NCBI GenBank assembly: GCA_963727625.1
Contig: CAVSHR010000004.1
Span: 256,001 to 320,000 of the forward strand
Source: an uncultured delta proteobacterium
Lineage (GTDB): Bacteria > Desulfobacterota > Binatia > UBA9968
Length of the DNA stretch: 64,000 nucleotides
Reading direction: 5' to 3'
Shown: positions 8,488 through 17,712 of the stretch, one piece after another
How positions within the stretch are numbered: position 1 is the first letter of the stretch
Layout of the letters: each line of letters begins with the position of its first letter
The notes under the pieces: model-generated
The model's database searches: none
Told to the model about the DNA's origin: nothing
What the model saw: the letters and a program-made list of their open reading frames with translations, nothing else
Program-made: the position numbers and the translations under genes

Positions 8488-9645
8488 TTAGAAATAACGC
8501 CAGAGCCACCATTTCTCGAAACCGAGCTTAGCCCAGTAGATCAGTTTCGACGGGCCCCAGGTGCGCGGCTCGGTGGCGCCGAACGGTGGCCAGCCGGTAG
8601 GATAAATGGTTCGATTAGCAGCGGCGCGTCCAGCACCGTATGCCAGCAGTCATATGGTGTGGAGCCACAAGTCTACCGGTCTTCCTTTGCCGGTAATCTC
8701 AGCGGCCAGGTTGTGCGCAAGCACGTCGGCTTCCTGATGAGCTACGCCGCCGGATTTGGACGCCGGCATGTCGGCACAATCGCCGATCGCGTAGACGTTG
8801 TCCCATTTCGTCCGGAGCGTGTCGTAATCGACACGAATGCCGCTTTCACACTCCGCCAGCCCGCAATCGAATAGCACTTTAGCTGGGCGATGCGGCGGTA
8901 CCATGACCAGCAAATCATACGGAATCCTGTAGTCGTATAGCCCCTTGACTTCCTTGGCTTGGGGATCGATCGACCGGACGACAAATTCGTAATGCTGCGT
9001 GATGTTTCGGCGCCGGCTTTCCTCATCCATCCAGACAATCGGATTACGGTGTTCACCGGTGGGTTCCGGGTCGCGGGTGAAATATTCGATTTGCACTCGG
9101 TCGCGGATACCGCGTTTCTTGAAGTAACTGTCCAACATCCACTGCGCTTCGTATGGCGCCGGCGGACAGCGATATGGCCCGAGCGGGATCCCGACGACGA
9201 CTCGTCCGCCGTTGAATGTTTCAAGCGTACTGCGCAAGCGCATGGCACCGTCGAGCTCCCAGGGATGGATCGACGCTTCGGCAAAACCGGGAACCAGATC
9301 GGGCCTTACCTGCATGCCGAGGGAAACGATGAGATAGTCGTAATCAAGTTTCTGATCCCGCAGTTCAACTTCTTGACGTTTTGGATCGATACCCAAAACT
9401 TCGGATTGGATAAACTTGACGTTGCGCTTTTCCAATAGGCTCAAACTGCGCGTGATGTCGCGTGGTTGGCGCTCACCGACCATGACGAACAAAAATGCCG
9501 GCATGAACAGATGATCGGCCCGCTTGTCGACAAGGATGACGTCATGGTTCTCGCCGAGCTTCCGGCCAAGATTCGTCGCCGCTACCACGCCGCCGCTGCC
9601 GCCGCCCAAAATGACTATTTTTTTTCTCCCGTTGACGGCCGTCAT
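8488..9645 (-). CDS. sqr: Sulfide:quinone oxidoreductase/FCSD-like flavoprotein, probable selenoprotein (Sec at codon 332; 385 aa)
   Basis: GGGSGG FAD motif, YRCPPAPYE, YAIGDC; the UGA at 8652-8650 is followed in frame by LLAYGAGRAA...PSKLIYWAKLGFEKWWLWRYF-TAA. Confidence 0.85.
8616..8645 (-). promoter_or_regulatory. Putative bacterial SECIS element
   Basis: mRNA UGA-CUGC-UGGCA-UA-CGGUGC-[UGGAC]-GCGCCG-C-UGCUA; two-part stem, apical loop 17 nt after UGA with G at loop position 2. Confidence 0.75.
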
Positions 9646-9828
9646 CTACTTCTTGCCACCATGCCGTTGCTGCCAGCGCAGCGTCAAACCTTTGAGATTC
9701 CTCATCCGTTGCTCACGCCACAGCTCCTGTTCGCGCCGGCCTTCGCGTGTGAGTTCCTGGCCGAATCGCGATGTGGCATAAAGAAACCAGAGAATGAGTT
9801 TATCGGATAAATCTCTGAGCCGTTCCAT
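9646..9828 (-). CDS. Small hypothetical protein (60 aa)
   Basis: Its TAG directly abuts the ATG of the SQR-like gene (TAGATG). Confidence 0.5.
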   Translation of the reverse strand: MERLRDLSDKLILWFLYATSRFGQELTREGRREQELWREQRMRNLKGLTLRWQQRHGGKK

Positions 9829-9938
9829 ATTTTTTAATAGGGCGCCGCCTGTTCGCGGCGACGCGAAGTAAAAATTTTCATTTATCCTTAAGTGGATACT
9901 CCGACAACCGCTTGAAGCAGTAATGCTGAGCCGTCTCT

Positions 9939-10906
9939 CTACCGAAGGAAGGTATCTTCCTGCCGGAGTTTCTCCCCCGCGGCCAACAACCCCTGCGGCG
10001 TCGGCCCCGCTTCGCCGATGAGTCCAACCTGGCGCAGAAACTGTCCTATCTGCTCATGGTCGCGTGGACTTACCGGCGCGTAGGGACGGCAAGGATTGCC
10101 GAGATCGACGCCGAAGTGTTTCATCGCGGACTTCATCACCGGCGGCAATCCGTACGCTGCCCATTTTCCTGGAAACAACGCGTAGCAGCGCGCCCAAAAG
10201 CGCGCGGTCTCGAGATCTCCGGCGCGAAATGCCTTGACGATTTGTGCGCCGATTCGCGTTCCCGGCGGCGGCATGGTCGCGCCGGAGCCGCCCAACATAA
10301 GCGTGACCAGCAGCGGTTGCATCGTTGTGAAATAATGCCCCCGCCCGGCGATGTCGATTTGCTCGATCAACCTGGAGATTTTAGTTATATCCCGCGAACT
10401 TTCCTTAAAGTACCGGATGTTGCCGATCTCACTGATTTTGACAAAGGCATCTTGGGGCGGGTCGGCGCCGGGTCCAGGGTTATGATAACAAGTGACCGGC
10501 AGCGGGCTTGCCGAAGCCACTTGAGTATAGAACTCCATCAATTCGGCGATGGTCGGCTGCCCCCCCAAGGGCGTAGCGGCATCAGCACTTGCACCAGATC
10601 GCCGCCCACTTTCGCGGAATAATCCGCGAGCTCGATCACCTCGCGCGGCGACGGGCTGGAGCAACCGAGAATGACCGGCACACGCTTGTTCACCATTTCC
10701 GTCGCAACTTTCAGCACCTCTTTGCGCTCGTCGCGTGTAAGCATGGTGTATTCGGCCGCTTCGACGGCGGCGATAGTGACGGCGTCGCAGTCCGCAACGA
10801 GAAATTCGATCTCTTTTTCCAGCGCCTTGTAATTCACCCGGTCATTGTCATCGAACGGGGTCAGGCAGGCGCCGATGATTCCTTTAATCGGTTTTTCCAG
10901 TGCCAT
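9939..10906 (-). pseudogene. Dihydrodipicolinate synthase-family aldolase, frameshifted at a G7 run (or sequencing error)
   Basis: N-half KGIIGACLTPFD...VPVILG (10538-10906) and C-half CYHNPG...YFKESS (9939-~10560) join if one G is added at 10560-10566, giving PLRPWGGQPT. Confidence 0.85.
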
Positions 10907-10911
10907 AGTAT

Positions 10912-11568
10912 TTAGCTCAAAAGCTCCGCAATAATTCGCGCGTGTCCGGCATCGCTTCCCTTAACGCGCAACGGTAAAGCCATGATGCGGGTGCGTTTGC
11001 CGACGATGCTGCCGAGGTTGGCGACGTTTTCGGCGATCAAAATTTCGTTGCCGAGGAGCGTCTTGTGCACTGGGAAGTCGAATCCCTTCGGTCGTAGCGG
11101 TGTCGGTAAATCGACCGTGATGCAGTCGATGCCGAACATCTTTATGCCCTTCTTGACCATCCATTCGGCCGCGTCGACCGATAGATAAGGGTGCATATTA
11201 TAGTCCGGGCTGTCGAATTTTTCGTCCCAACCGGTGTGCAGCATCAAAATATCACCGCGATTGACGGGGACTCCCGAAGCCTCCAGATCTTTGGCTGTCA
11301 CCTCTTCTCCGCCTTTCTTCTTCACCCCGATCACGGCGCCGGGTCCGACAAAGGCATCCAAGGGCAGCTCTTCGATCGACTTGCCGTTAGGCATAATATG
11401 AATCGGCGCGTCGACGTGAGTCCCCGCGTGACAGGGCAAGGACAATTCGGTGACGTTGAGCGGATGGCCTTTTTCCAGGCTCAAGAATTTTTGCACGTGG
11501 ACGTCCGGCAGTATCGGAATCTTCGGCATGCCGTCATAGATCAGCCGCGACAGATCGACCATTTCCAT
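10912..11568 (-). CDS. Cyclase family (kynurenine formamidase-like) metallohydrolase
   Basis: HAGTHVDAPIH, GIDCITVD, VHKTLL, IAENV. Confidence 0.92.
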   Translation of the reverse strand: MEMVDLSRLIYDGMPKIPILPDVHVQKFLSLEKGHPLNVTELSLPCHAGTHVDAPIHIMPNGKSIEELPLDAFVGPGAVIGVKKKGGEEVTAKDLEASGVPVNRGDILMLHTGWDEKFDSPDYNMHPYLSVDAAEWMVKKGIKMFGIDCITVDLPTPLRPKGFDFPVHKTLLGNEILIAENVANLGSIVGKRTRIMALPLRVKGSDAGHARIIAELLS

Positions 11569-11585
11569 AGGATTATCCCCTTTCC

Positions 11586-12326
11586 TTATTTTCCGTTGCA
11601 CCAGCGGGCATAAAGTGGATCCTTGTCAACATAGGCGCGCTTGATTCCGTCAAAGGCAAGCCAGAATTGGTCCAGTGTTTTTTGCACCGCCGCGCGCACT
11701 CCCGCTTGCTGAGGCTCGCTCACCGCGTAGCGCTCCACTGCGAGCGGTCCGACTTTCATGTGCTCTTCATCGACACCCATATGCAAGGTCCAATAGCGAA
11801 TATCCTCGGACTCTCGGTCAAAGCCGTAATGTTTGGTCAAACCGTTGACGATACGCGTCATTCGCTCACTCGCCGTGCCTTCGAGACAAAATCCCTGGCA
11901 AGCGTAAAGCTCGAGCCAGCTTCGCTGAAACATCAATAGCTCGCGCCAATCCAGAAACGCCTGGGTCTCCGGCAGCGCCTCGACGCGATCCAATTCTTCT
12001 CTGGTGTAGCCACAGGCCTGAGCGAACCGAATAAAAAGCCCTTTATGACTGTCCGTTCCCGTGATCTCGCCGGTGCCCTCCTCGACCACGTTTTCGATCC
12101 ACATCTTTTCGAGCTCTGGATCATCCGGACATCGACTCAGCATCGCGGCGATCGGCTTGGGAAAGGGCTTGGGGAAAAAAAGATAGAATTGACCGATGAA
12201 ACCTTTCAGCTGGTCGCGATCGAGCTTGCCCTCTTCGATCATGCCGATGACCGGGTGGTTTTTGGAGTGCTTGTTGCGCACCATCCCCTGAATTTCCTTG
12301 ACAAACTCGCTGCTAGAAATGGTCAT
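11586..12326 (-). CDS. Heme-oxygenase-like diiron enzyme (CADD/PqqC/TenA fold)
   Basis: ENVVEE...SH...LEG...LHMGVDEEH ligand pattern. Confidence 0.85.
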   Translation of the reverse strand: MTISSSEFVKEIQGMVRNKHSKNHPVIGMIEEGKLDRDQLKGFIGQFYLFFPKPFPKPIAAMLSRCPDDPELEKMWIENVVEEGTGEITGTDSHKGLFIRFAQACGYTREELDRVEALPETQAFLDWRELLMFQRSWLELYACQGFCLEGTASERMTRIVNGLTKHYGFDRESEDIRYWTLHMGVDEEHMKVGPLAVERYAVSEPQQAGVRAAVQKTLDQFWLAFDGIKRAYVDKDPLYARWCNGK

Positions 12327-12379
12327 AAGTTCTTGCTCCCTGCCCTATTCTACTTGCTCATCAACTGCGTAAAAATAAT

Positions 12380-12453
12380 TGCCCCCGGCGAGATTCGAAC
12401 TCACGGCCCCAGGATTAGGAATCCTGTGCTCTATCCACCTGAGCTACGGGGGC
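12380..12453 (-). tRNA. tRNA-Arg(CCT)
   Basis: GCCCCCGTAGCTCAGGTGGATAGAGCACAGGATT-CCT-AATCCTGGGGCCGTGAGTTCGAATCTCGCCGGGGGCA folds as a cloverleaf; CCA not encoded. Confidence 0.96.
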
Positions 12454-12529
12454 GCATGGGTTGGTGAACCAACCTTCGCTTTGTTGTTTTCCCGTCTCTT
12501 TGTTACCATCAATGTTAAAGTCGGGTCAA

Positions 12530-12811
12530 ATGCCATTGGTAAACAATCCCCAATCATCGTCATTCTCCTTTTGCCCGCTGACGGGTCTCCATGCCATCGG
12601 GCTGTTGCTCGGTTGCGCCGTTGTGCTTTGCCTGTCGAGCTGTAGCTCGGCATCCGCGCCACTGTCGATCACCCTGTATAATGCCGAGACCAACCAAACG
12701 CTCACTTGCGCCGCGCGCGATCGAACGGGCCGGGCCGATCTCTCGGTCCTCGCCGTTACGGTTGAGAGTTGCGCAAAACAGCTGGAGGCGCGGGGCTTTG
12801 TCAGACAATAA
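12530..12811 (+). CDS. Small putative lipoprotein (start uncertain)
   Basis: Hydrophobic stretch then LSSC lipobox-like motif; paired Cys in the mature part. Confidence 0.55.
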   Translation: MPLVNNPQSSSFSFCPLTGLHAIGLLLGCAVVLCLSSCSSASAPLSITLYNAETNQTLTCAARDRTGRADLSVLAVTVESCAKQLEARGFVRQ

Positions 12812-12909
12812 AAACCCCCTTTCCGTCTTTGCTCATCTTGACGCTAAGGAATTTTTCCGGCTAATCTCCAATGCGGTAGACTTGTCATCGCAATTGGCAG
12901 GGAGGAATA

Positions 12910-13266
12910 ATGAATTACCGTTTGGATCACATCGCGCTCAATTGCAAGGACCTAGACGAGTCGGTGCGTTTCTACGAGACCCATTTCGGCGGCAACCCCA
13001 CGGCGTTACGCCAAGGTGGCGACGGCCACAAGTTCTGTTTCGTCAATATCAGCGGCGCCGCGGCGATACAGTTGATCGAATCTCCGGGTGAAACTGGCAT
13101 CAACCACTACGGTTTTGTCGCTGACGACATGGATCAAGTGGCGGCCGAGCTGCGCGCCAAGAATGCCGAGATTATCCGCGAGATTCGCGACCCCAGCGGC
13201 AAGCTGACCACGCTGTTTGTCAAGGATGGCACCGGTCTCAAGATGGAGGTTCGGCTACCCCGTTGA
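12910..13266 (+). CDS. VOC/glyoxalase family protein
   Basis: LDHIAL...FYE...NHYGF...KDGTGLKME; GGAGG RBS. Confidence 0.9.
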   Translation: MNYRLDHIALNCKDLDESVRFYETHFGGNPTALRQGGDGHKFCFVNISGAAAIQLIESPGETGINHYGFVADDMDQVAAELRAKNAEIIREIRDPSGKLTTLFVKDGTGLKMEVRLPR

Positions 13267-13366
13267 GGCCGACCGGACGTAAGGAATAACGTCGTGCTTG
13301 AGTTCATCTTGACATCCATTAGGGTGAGGCTTAATTTGGACCTACAAGGTCCATCTAGGAGGAATC

Positions 13367-14536
13367 ATGGCCAAGAGCTTTCAGGAGATTATGGCCGAAG
13401 CGCGCAAGGAAATTCCCGAAGTGAGCGTGCAACAAGTCAACGAATTACTTAAGAATAACGGCAAATCGCCGGTTTTGCTTGACGTTCGCGAGAGCGATGA
13501 GTGGCGCCAGGGGCATCTGGAAGGAGCCCTGCCGTTGCCACGCGGCTTTCTTGAGATCAAAGTCGAGAGCGCGGTCCCCAACAAGGATGCTCCGATAATC
13601 GCCTATTGCGCCGGCGGCGTGCGCTCGTTGTTGGCCGCGAAGGTGATGAAGGAAATGGGTTATCGGAACGTTTCTTCGATGGCGGGCGGTTACGCAGCGT
13701 GGAAAAATGGCGGATTCAAATGGGTGCAGGATTTTCAGTATACGCCGGAGCAATTGATCCGCTACAGCCGCCATTTTCTCCTGCCCGAGGTTGGCGAAGA
13801 CGGCCAGGCGAAATTACTTCAAGCCAAGGTGCTGATGGTTGGAGCGGGCGGTTTGGGCTCCCCCTCCGCCTATTATCTGGCGGCGGCCGGGGTCGGAACG
13901 ATCGGCATCATCGACAACGACGTCGTAGATATTTCTAACCTACAGCGCCAAATCCTTCACGCCAACGACCGGGTCGGCATGCCAAAAGTCGAATCGGCCA
14001 AGAAGACTCTCGAGGCGCTCAACCCAGACGTTAAAGTGATTCCTTACCAAGCCAAATTAACCTCCGAAAATATCATGGAGATCATCAAAGATTACGACTT
14101 GGTCGTCGACGGTTGCGATAACTTTCCAACGCGCTACCTGGTAAACGATGCCTGTGTACTGACGGGAACGCCTAACGTGCACGGCAGCATCTTCCAGTTT
14201 GAGGGCCAAGCCACGGTATTTTATCCCGGCAAGGGCCCCTGCTACCGCTGTTTATATCCGGAACCGCCGCCCGCCGAGATGGCGCCCAGTTGCGCCGAAG
14301 CCGGTGTGCTCGGCGTGCTGCCGGGCTTGATCGGCGTGATCGAGGCCCTCGAAGCGGTAAAACTCATTCTCGGCAAAGGCGATAGCTTGGTCGGCCGCTT
14401 GTTACACTTCAACACTCTGACCATGGAGATCAACACGCTCAAGCTGCGGCGCGATCCCAATTGCCCAATGTGCGGCGATCATCCGACGATCCACCAGTTG
14501 ATCGATTACGAAGAATTTTGCAGCTTGCGGCACTAG
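13367..14536 (+). CDS. moeB: Rhodanese-MoeB fusion (sulfur-carrier adenylyltransferase/sulfurtransferase)
   Basis: LDVRE...YCAGGVRS rhodanese; RYSRH, GAGGLG, SNLQRQ, two CxxC. Confidence 0.92.
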   Translation: MAKSFQEIMAEARKEIPEVSVQQVNELLKNNGKSPVLLDVRESDEWRQGHLEGALPLPRGFLEIKVESAVPNKDAPIIAYCAGGVRSLLAAKVMKEMGYRNVSSMAGGYAAWKNGGFKWVQDFQYTPEQLIRYSRHFLLPEVGEDGQAKLLQAKVLMVGAGGLGSPSAYYLAAAGVGTIGIIDNDVVDISNLQRQILHANDRVGMPKVESAKKTLEALNPDVKVIPYQAKLTSENIMEIIKDYDLVVDGCDNFPTRYLVNDACVLTGTPNVHGSIFQFEGQATVFYPGKGPCYRCLYPEPPPAEMAPSCAEAGVLGVLPGLIGVIEALEAVKLILGKGDSLVGRLLHFNTLTMEINTLKLRRDPNCPMCGDHPTIHQLIDYEEFCSLRH

Positions 14537-14563
14537 TTCGGGTATTTATCTCAAGGGGTTACT

Positions 14564-14590
14564 AAAGGGCGGCCAAGTGGCCGCCCTTTT
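14564..14590. terminator. Bidirectional intrinsic terminator
   Basis: AAAGGGCGGCC-AAGT-GGCCGCCCTTT between convergent moeB and rluB. Confidence 0.8.
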
Positions 14591-14653
14591 AAAATTTATT
14601 GCCCGGGTCCGTCTTAACATCGGCGCCGGTGAGGCGATCTGCACGGCAATTTG

Positions 14654-15382
14654 CTAAAGACCGACGGCTTTCTTGAGCGAATCGACTTCGCCCCGGCTGA
14701 GCGGCCGGAGTTCGCCCATCGGCAATGCGCCAAGGGCCAGCGAGCCGATACGAATGCGGATAAGTTTCTCGACGAAATAACCCAGCGCCTCGAACATGCG
14801 CCGCACCTCGCGCTTGCGACCTTCCTGCACTTCGATCTCGACCCAGGCATTTTTTCTGAGCTTGGTGACCACTCGAGCATGTGCCGGAGCGCTCATGCCG
14901 TCCTCCAAACGAATGCCTTTGCGCAAGCGGGCGAGATCCTCTTCGCCGGGACAGGCGCTGAGCTTGGCCCGATAAACTTTTTTCACGCCGTAGCGCGGAT
15001 GGGTCAGGCGGAGCGCGAAGTCGCCGTCATTGGTTAGAAGTAAAAGCCCGGTAGTATTGTAATCGAGGCGCCCCACCGGAAAGAGCCGGCGCCTTTCGCC
15101 CAGGCCGGCGAGATACGGAGTCAAGTCGGGGCGATGCTCGGGATCGTTTAAAGTCGTGATCACCCCGGGCGGTTTATGAAATGCATAGTAAAGCAGCGCG
15201 GCAGCGGGTTTGATCCGCTTGCCGTCGACCTTAATGCTGTCCTTCGCCGGGTCCGCCTGTGAACCGAGCTTGCGCACCACGGTTCCGTTGACCATGACTC
15301 GGCCTTCGGCAATCCAGCGCTCCGCCTCGCGCCGGGAAGCCAGTCCCGCCCGCGCGAGAATTTTTTGCAGACGCTCCATCAT
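14654..15382 (-). CDS. rluB: rRNA pseudouridine synthase (RluB/RsuA family)
   Basis: S4 domain ERLQKILARAGLASRR, GRLD, EGRKREVRRM; follows scpB. Confidence 0.9.
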   Translation of the reverse strand: MMERLQKILARAGLASRREAERWIAEGRVMVNGTVVRKLGSQADPAKDSIKVDGKRIKPAAALLYYAFHKPPGVITTLNDPEHRPDLTPYLAGLGERRRLFPVGRLDYNTTGLLLLTNDGDFALRLTHPRYGVKKVYRAKLSACPGEEDLARLRKGIRLEDGMSAPAHARVVTKLRKNAWVEIEVQEGRKREVRRMFEALGYFVEKLIRIRIGSLALGALPMGELRPLSRGEVDSLKKAVGL

Positions 15383-15391
15383 CCGACCGGA

Positions 15392-15967
15392 TCAACTCTC
15401 TCCGAGCTGATCGAAAGAGATCGTGTCACCGGGAATTTCCGGTAGCGATATTTCTTCCATTTCCTTGAGGGTGGGCAGTTGGGACAGATCCTTGAGATTG
15501 AAAAGTTGGAGGAATTCCACCGTAGTGCCGTATAGAAACGGCCGGCCGGGGACATCCTTGCGCCCAACGGCGCGAATCAAGTTGCGTTCCGTCAGTGTGG
15601 CGATCACACCGTCGATATCGACGCCGCGGATCGCTTCCACCTCCGCTTTCGTGATCGGTTGGCGGTAGGCGATAATCGCCAGGGTTTCGAGGGTTGCTTT
15701 ACCCATCCGAGACGGGCGGCCGCCGAGAAATTTTTTGACCCAGTCGGCGTTGGCTTTCACGGTCCGTAGCTGGTAACCGCCGGCGACCTCGACCAAACGG
15801 ATGCCTCTACTCTGACTTTCAAATTCGCCTTGGAGCTCGCTCAACACGTCCTGGAGGGTTTTCTTGTCGACTTGATCGAGGATCTCGGCGAAGCGTTGCA
15901 AAGGCTGCGGCCCATCGGCGACAAACAAAAGACTCTCGATGATCGATTTTATTTCTTCACGCTCCAT
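15392..15967 (-). CDS. scpB: SMC-Scp complex subunit ScpB
   Basis: IIESLLF, VAGGYQLRT, LETLAIIAYRQPIT, GRPFLYGTT. Confidence 0.95.
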   Translation of the reverse strand: MEREEIKSIIESLLFVADGPQPLQRFAEILDQVDKKTLQDVLSELQGEFESQSRGIRLVEVAGGYQLRTVKANADWVKKFLGGRPSRMGKATLETLAIIAYRQPITKAEVEAIRGVDIDGVIATLTERNLIRAVGRKDVPGRPFLYGTTVEFLQLFNLKDLSQLPTLKEMEEISLPEIPGDTISFDQLGES

Positions 15968-16727
15968 TTTGACTTTCCTCGGCATCGTCGAGGACGATTC
16001 GCTCGACGGCTTCATCCATATCTGCCGCCGCTTCGATCACGATCGGCCCGGCCATCTCGTCTTGAGAGATCCGGATCGCCCTCACCTTCACCAGCTCCAG
16101 CATCGCCAGGAAGGTCACGACGACTTCCATGCGGCTTTTGACCTCGTCGAACAAGGCTTCGAACAATATTCTGCCCTGGCTGCGTAGCTTGTCGAGCAGC
16201 ATGGTCATCTTCTCGCGCACGGTGATCTTCTCCAGGATGACCTCATGGGCAACGTCTTTGGGCAAACGATCGATGACTCGTTTAAGCGCGCCCAACAGCT
16301 CGAAGACGGAGATCTCGCGAAATTCGCGCGGCCCGGCTTCTTCCAGCGGCGCCGAGGCGCGCACAAATACGTCGCGGGTGAGAACTTCGCGCTGCTCCAA
16401 CTCGATCGCGGCATCTTTGTAGCGCTGATATTCCAACAAGCGCCGCACCAGCTCGTCGCGCGGGTCGATGCCCTCCTCTTCCTCGTCGTCGTCTACTCCC
16501 GCCGGCAACAGCATGCGCGACTTGATATGAATCAGGGTCGCCGCCATGACCAAAAACTCACCGGCCATGTCGAGATTCAGGCTCTGCATAAGCTCTAACG
16601 TGGCGAGATACTGTTCGGTAATCGTGGCGATGGGGATTTCGGTGATGCTGACTTCGTTTTTCTTGATGAGGTGGAGCAAGAGGTCCAAAGGCCCCTCAAA
16701 AATCTCCAATTGAACTCGCGTGCTCAC
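15957..16727 (-). CDS. scpA: SMC-Scp complex subunit ScpA
   Basis: FEGPLDLLLHLI, EFLVMAATL, TFLAMLEL. Confidence 0.95.
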   Translation of the reverse strand: MSTRVQLEIFEGPLDLLLHLIKKNEVSITEIPIATITEQYLATLELMQSLNLDMAGEFLVMAATLIHIKSRMLLPAGVDDDEEEEGIDPRDELVRRLLEYQRYKDAAIELEQREVLTRDVFVRASAPLEEAGPREFREISVFELLGALKRVIDRLPKDVAHEVILEKITVREKMTMLLDKLRSQGRILFEALFDEVKSRMEVVVTFLAMLELVKVRAIRISQDEMAGPIVIEAAADMDEAVERIVLDDAEESQNGA

Positions 16728-17701
16728 AGCCCCAAAGTCTCGCGCACTTCGGCCATTGTCGCGCCGGCTTTTTCTTGCGCGGCCCGGTTGCCGTCAGTCA
16801 GAATCGCTTCGACAACTTCGGGATTCTTCTCGTAGGACGCGCGCCGCTCGCGCACCGGCGCCAACTCTTCGATGACGTGTTTGATCATGACCTTCTTGCA
16901 ATCCAAGCAGCCGATACCAGCCGTGCGGCAGCCTGTGGAAACTTCTGTGATCTCTTCCGCCGTCGAATAGATTTTGTGGAATTGAAAGGCCGGGCACTTT
17001 TCCGGTTCGCCCGGGTCGGTGCGCTTGACGCGGGCTGGATCGGTCATCATGCGGCTGATTTTCGTGTCGATTTCCTTGGGCGAATCCGAGAGAAACACCG
17101 CGTTGCCGTAGCTCTTGCTCATCTTGCGGCCATCCGTACCGGGCAATTTTTGCGTCTCGGTCAACAAGACTTCAGGCTCCGGAAAAATTGGTCGGTACAC
17201 CTGGTTGAAGCGCCGGACGATTTCCCGGGTCAACTCGACATGGGGCGCCTGGTCGACACCGACAGGAACTTTGTTGGCCTTGTACATCGTGATGTCCGCC
17301 GCTTGCAACACCGGATAACCGAGAAATCCGTAGGTCGAAAGATCCTTGCCGACGATCTCTTTGATTTGCTCTTTATAGGTTGGATTGCGTTCGAGCCATG
17401 GCACCGGCGTGATCATCGAATAAATCAAGTGCAGCTCGGCATGCTCCTTGATGCGCGACTGGCGGAATATAGTCGATTTTGCCGGATCGAGGCCGACGCT
17501 CAACCAATCCATCATCATTTCGACGGTGCTTTGCCGGATGCCTTGCGGCGTTGCGTAATCGGTCGTCAAGGCATGCCAATCGGCGACGAAAAAATAGCAA
17601 CGAAACTGCTCCTGAAGCCGAAGCCAGTTGCTGAGCGCGCCATGAAAATGGCCGAGATGCAGTCTCCCCGTGGGGCGCATGCCACTAACGATGGTTTCCA
17701 T
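16724..17701 (-). CDS. trpS: Tryptophan--tRNA ligase
   Basis: SGMRPTGRLHLGH, YPVLQAADI, KMSKS; true start at ATG 17701. Confidence 0.97.
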   Translation of the reverse strand: METIVSGMRPTGRLHLGHFHGALSNWLRLQEQFRCYFFVADWHALTTDYATPQGIRQSTVEMMMDWLSVGLDPAKSTIFRQSRIKEHAELHLIYSMITPVPWLERNPTYKEQIKEIVGKDLSTYGFLGYPVLQAADITMYKANKVPVGVDQAPHVELTREIVRRFNQVYRPIFPEPEVLLTETQKLPGTDGRKMSKSYGNAVFLSDSPKEIDTKISRMMTDPARVKRTDPGEPEKCPAFQFHKIYSTAEEITEVSTGCRTAGIGCLDCKKVMIKHVIEELAPVRERRASYEKNPEVVEAILTDGNRAAQEKAGATMAEVRETLGL

Positions 17702-17712
17702 GGTTTTCCAAC

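Noticed and set aside
8334-12453. Possible island integrated at tRNA-Arg
   Set aside because: No duplicated tRNA 3' end or integrase was seen, and composition looks host-like.
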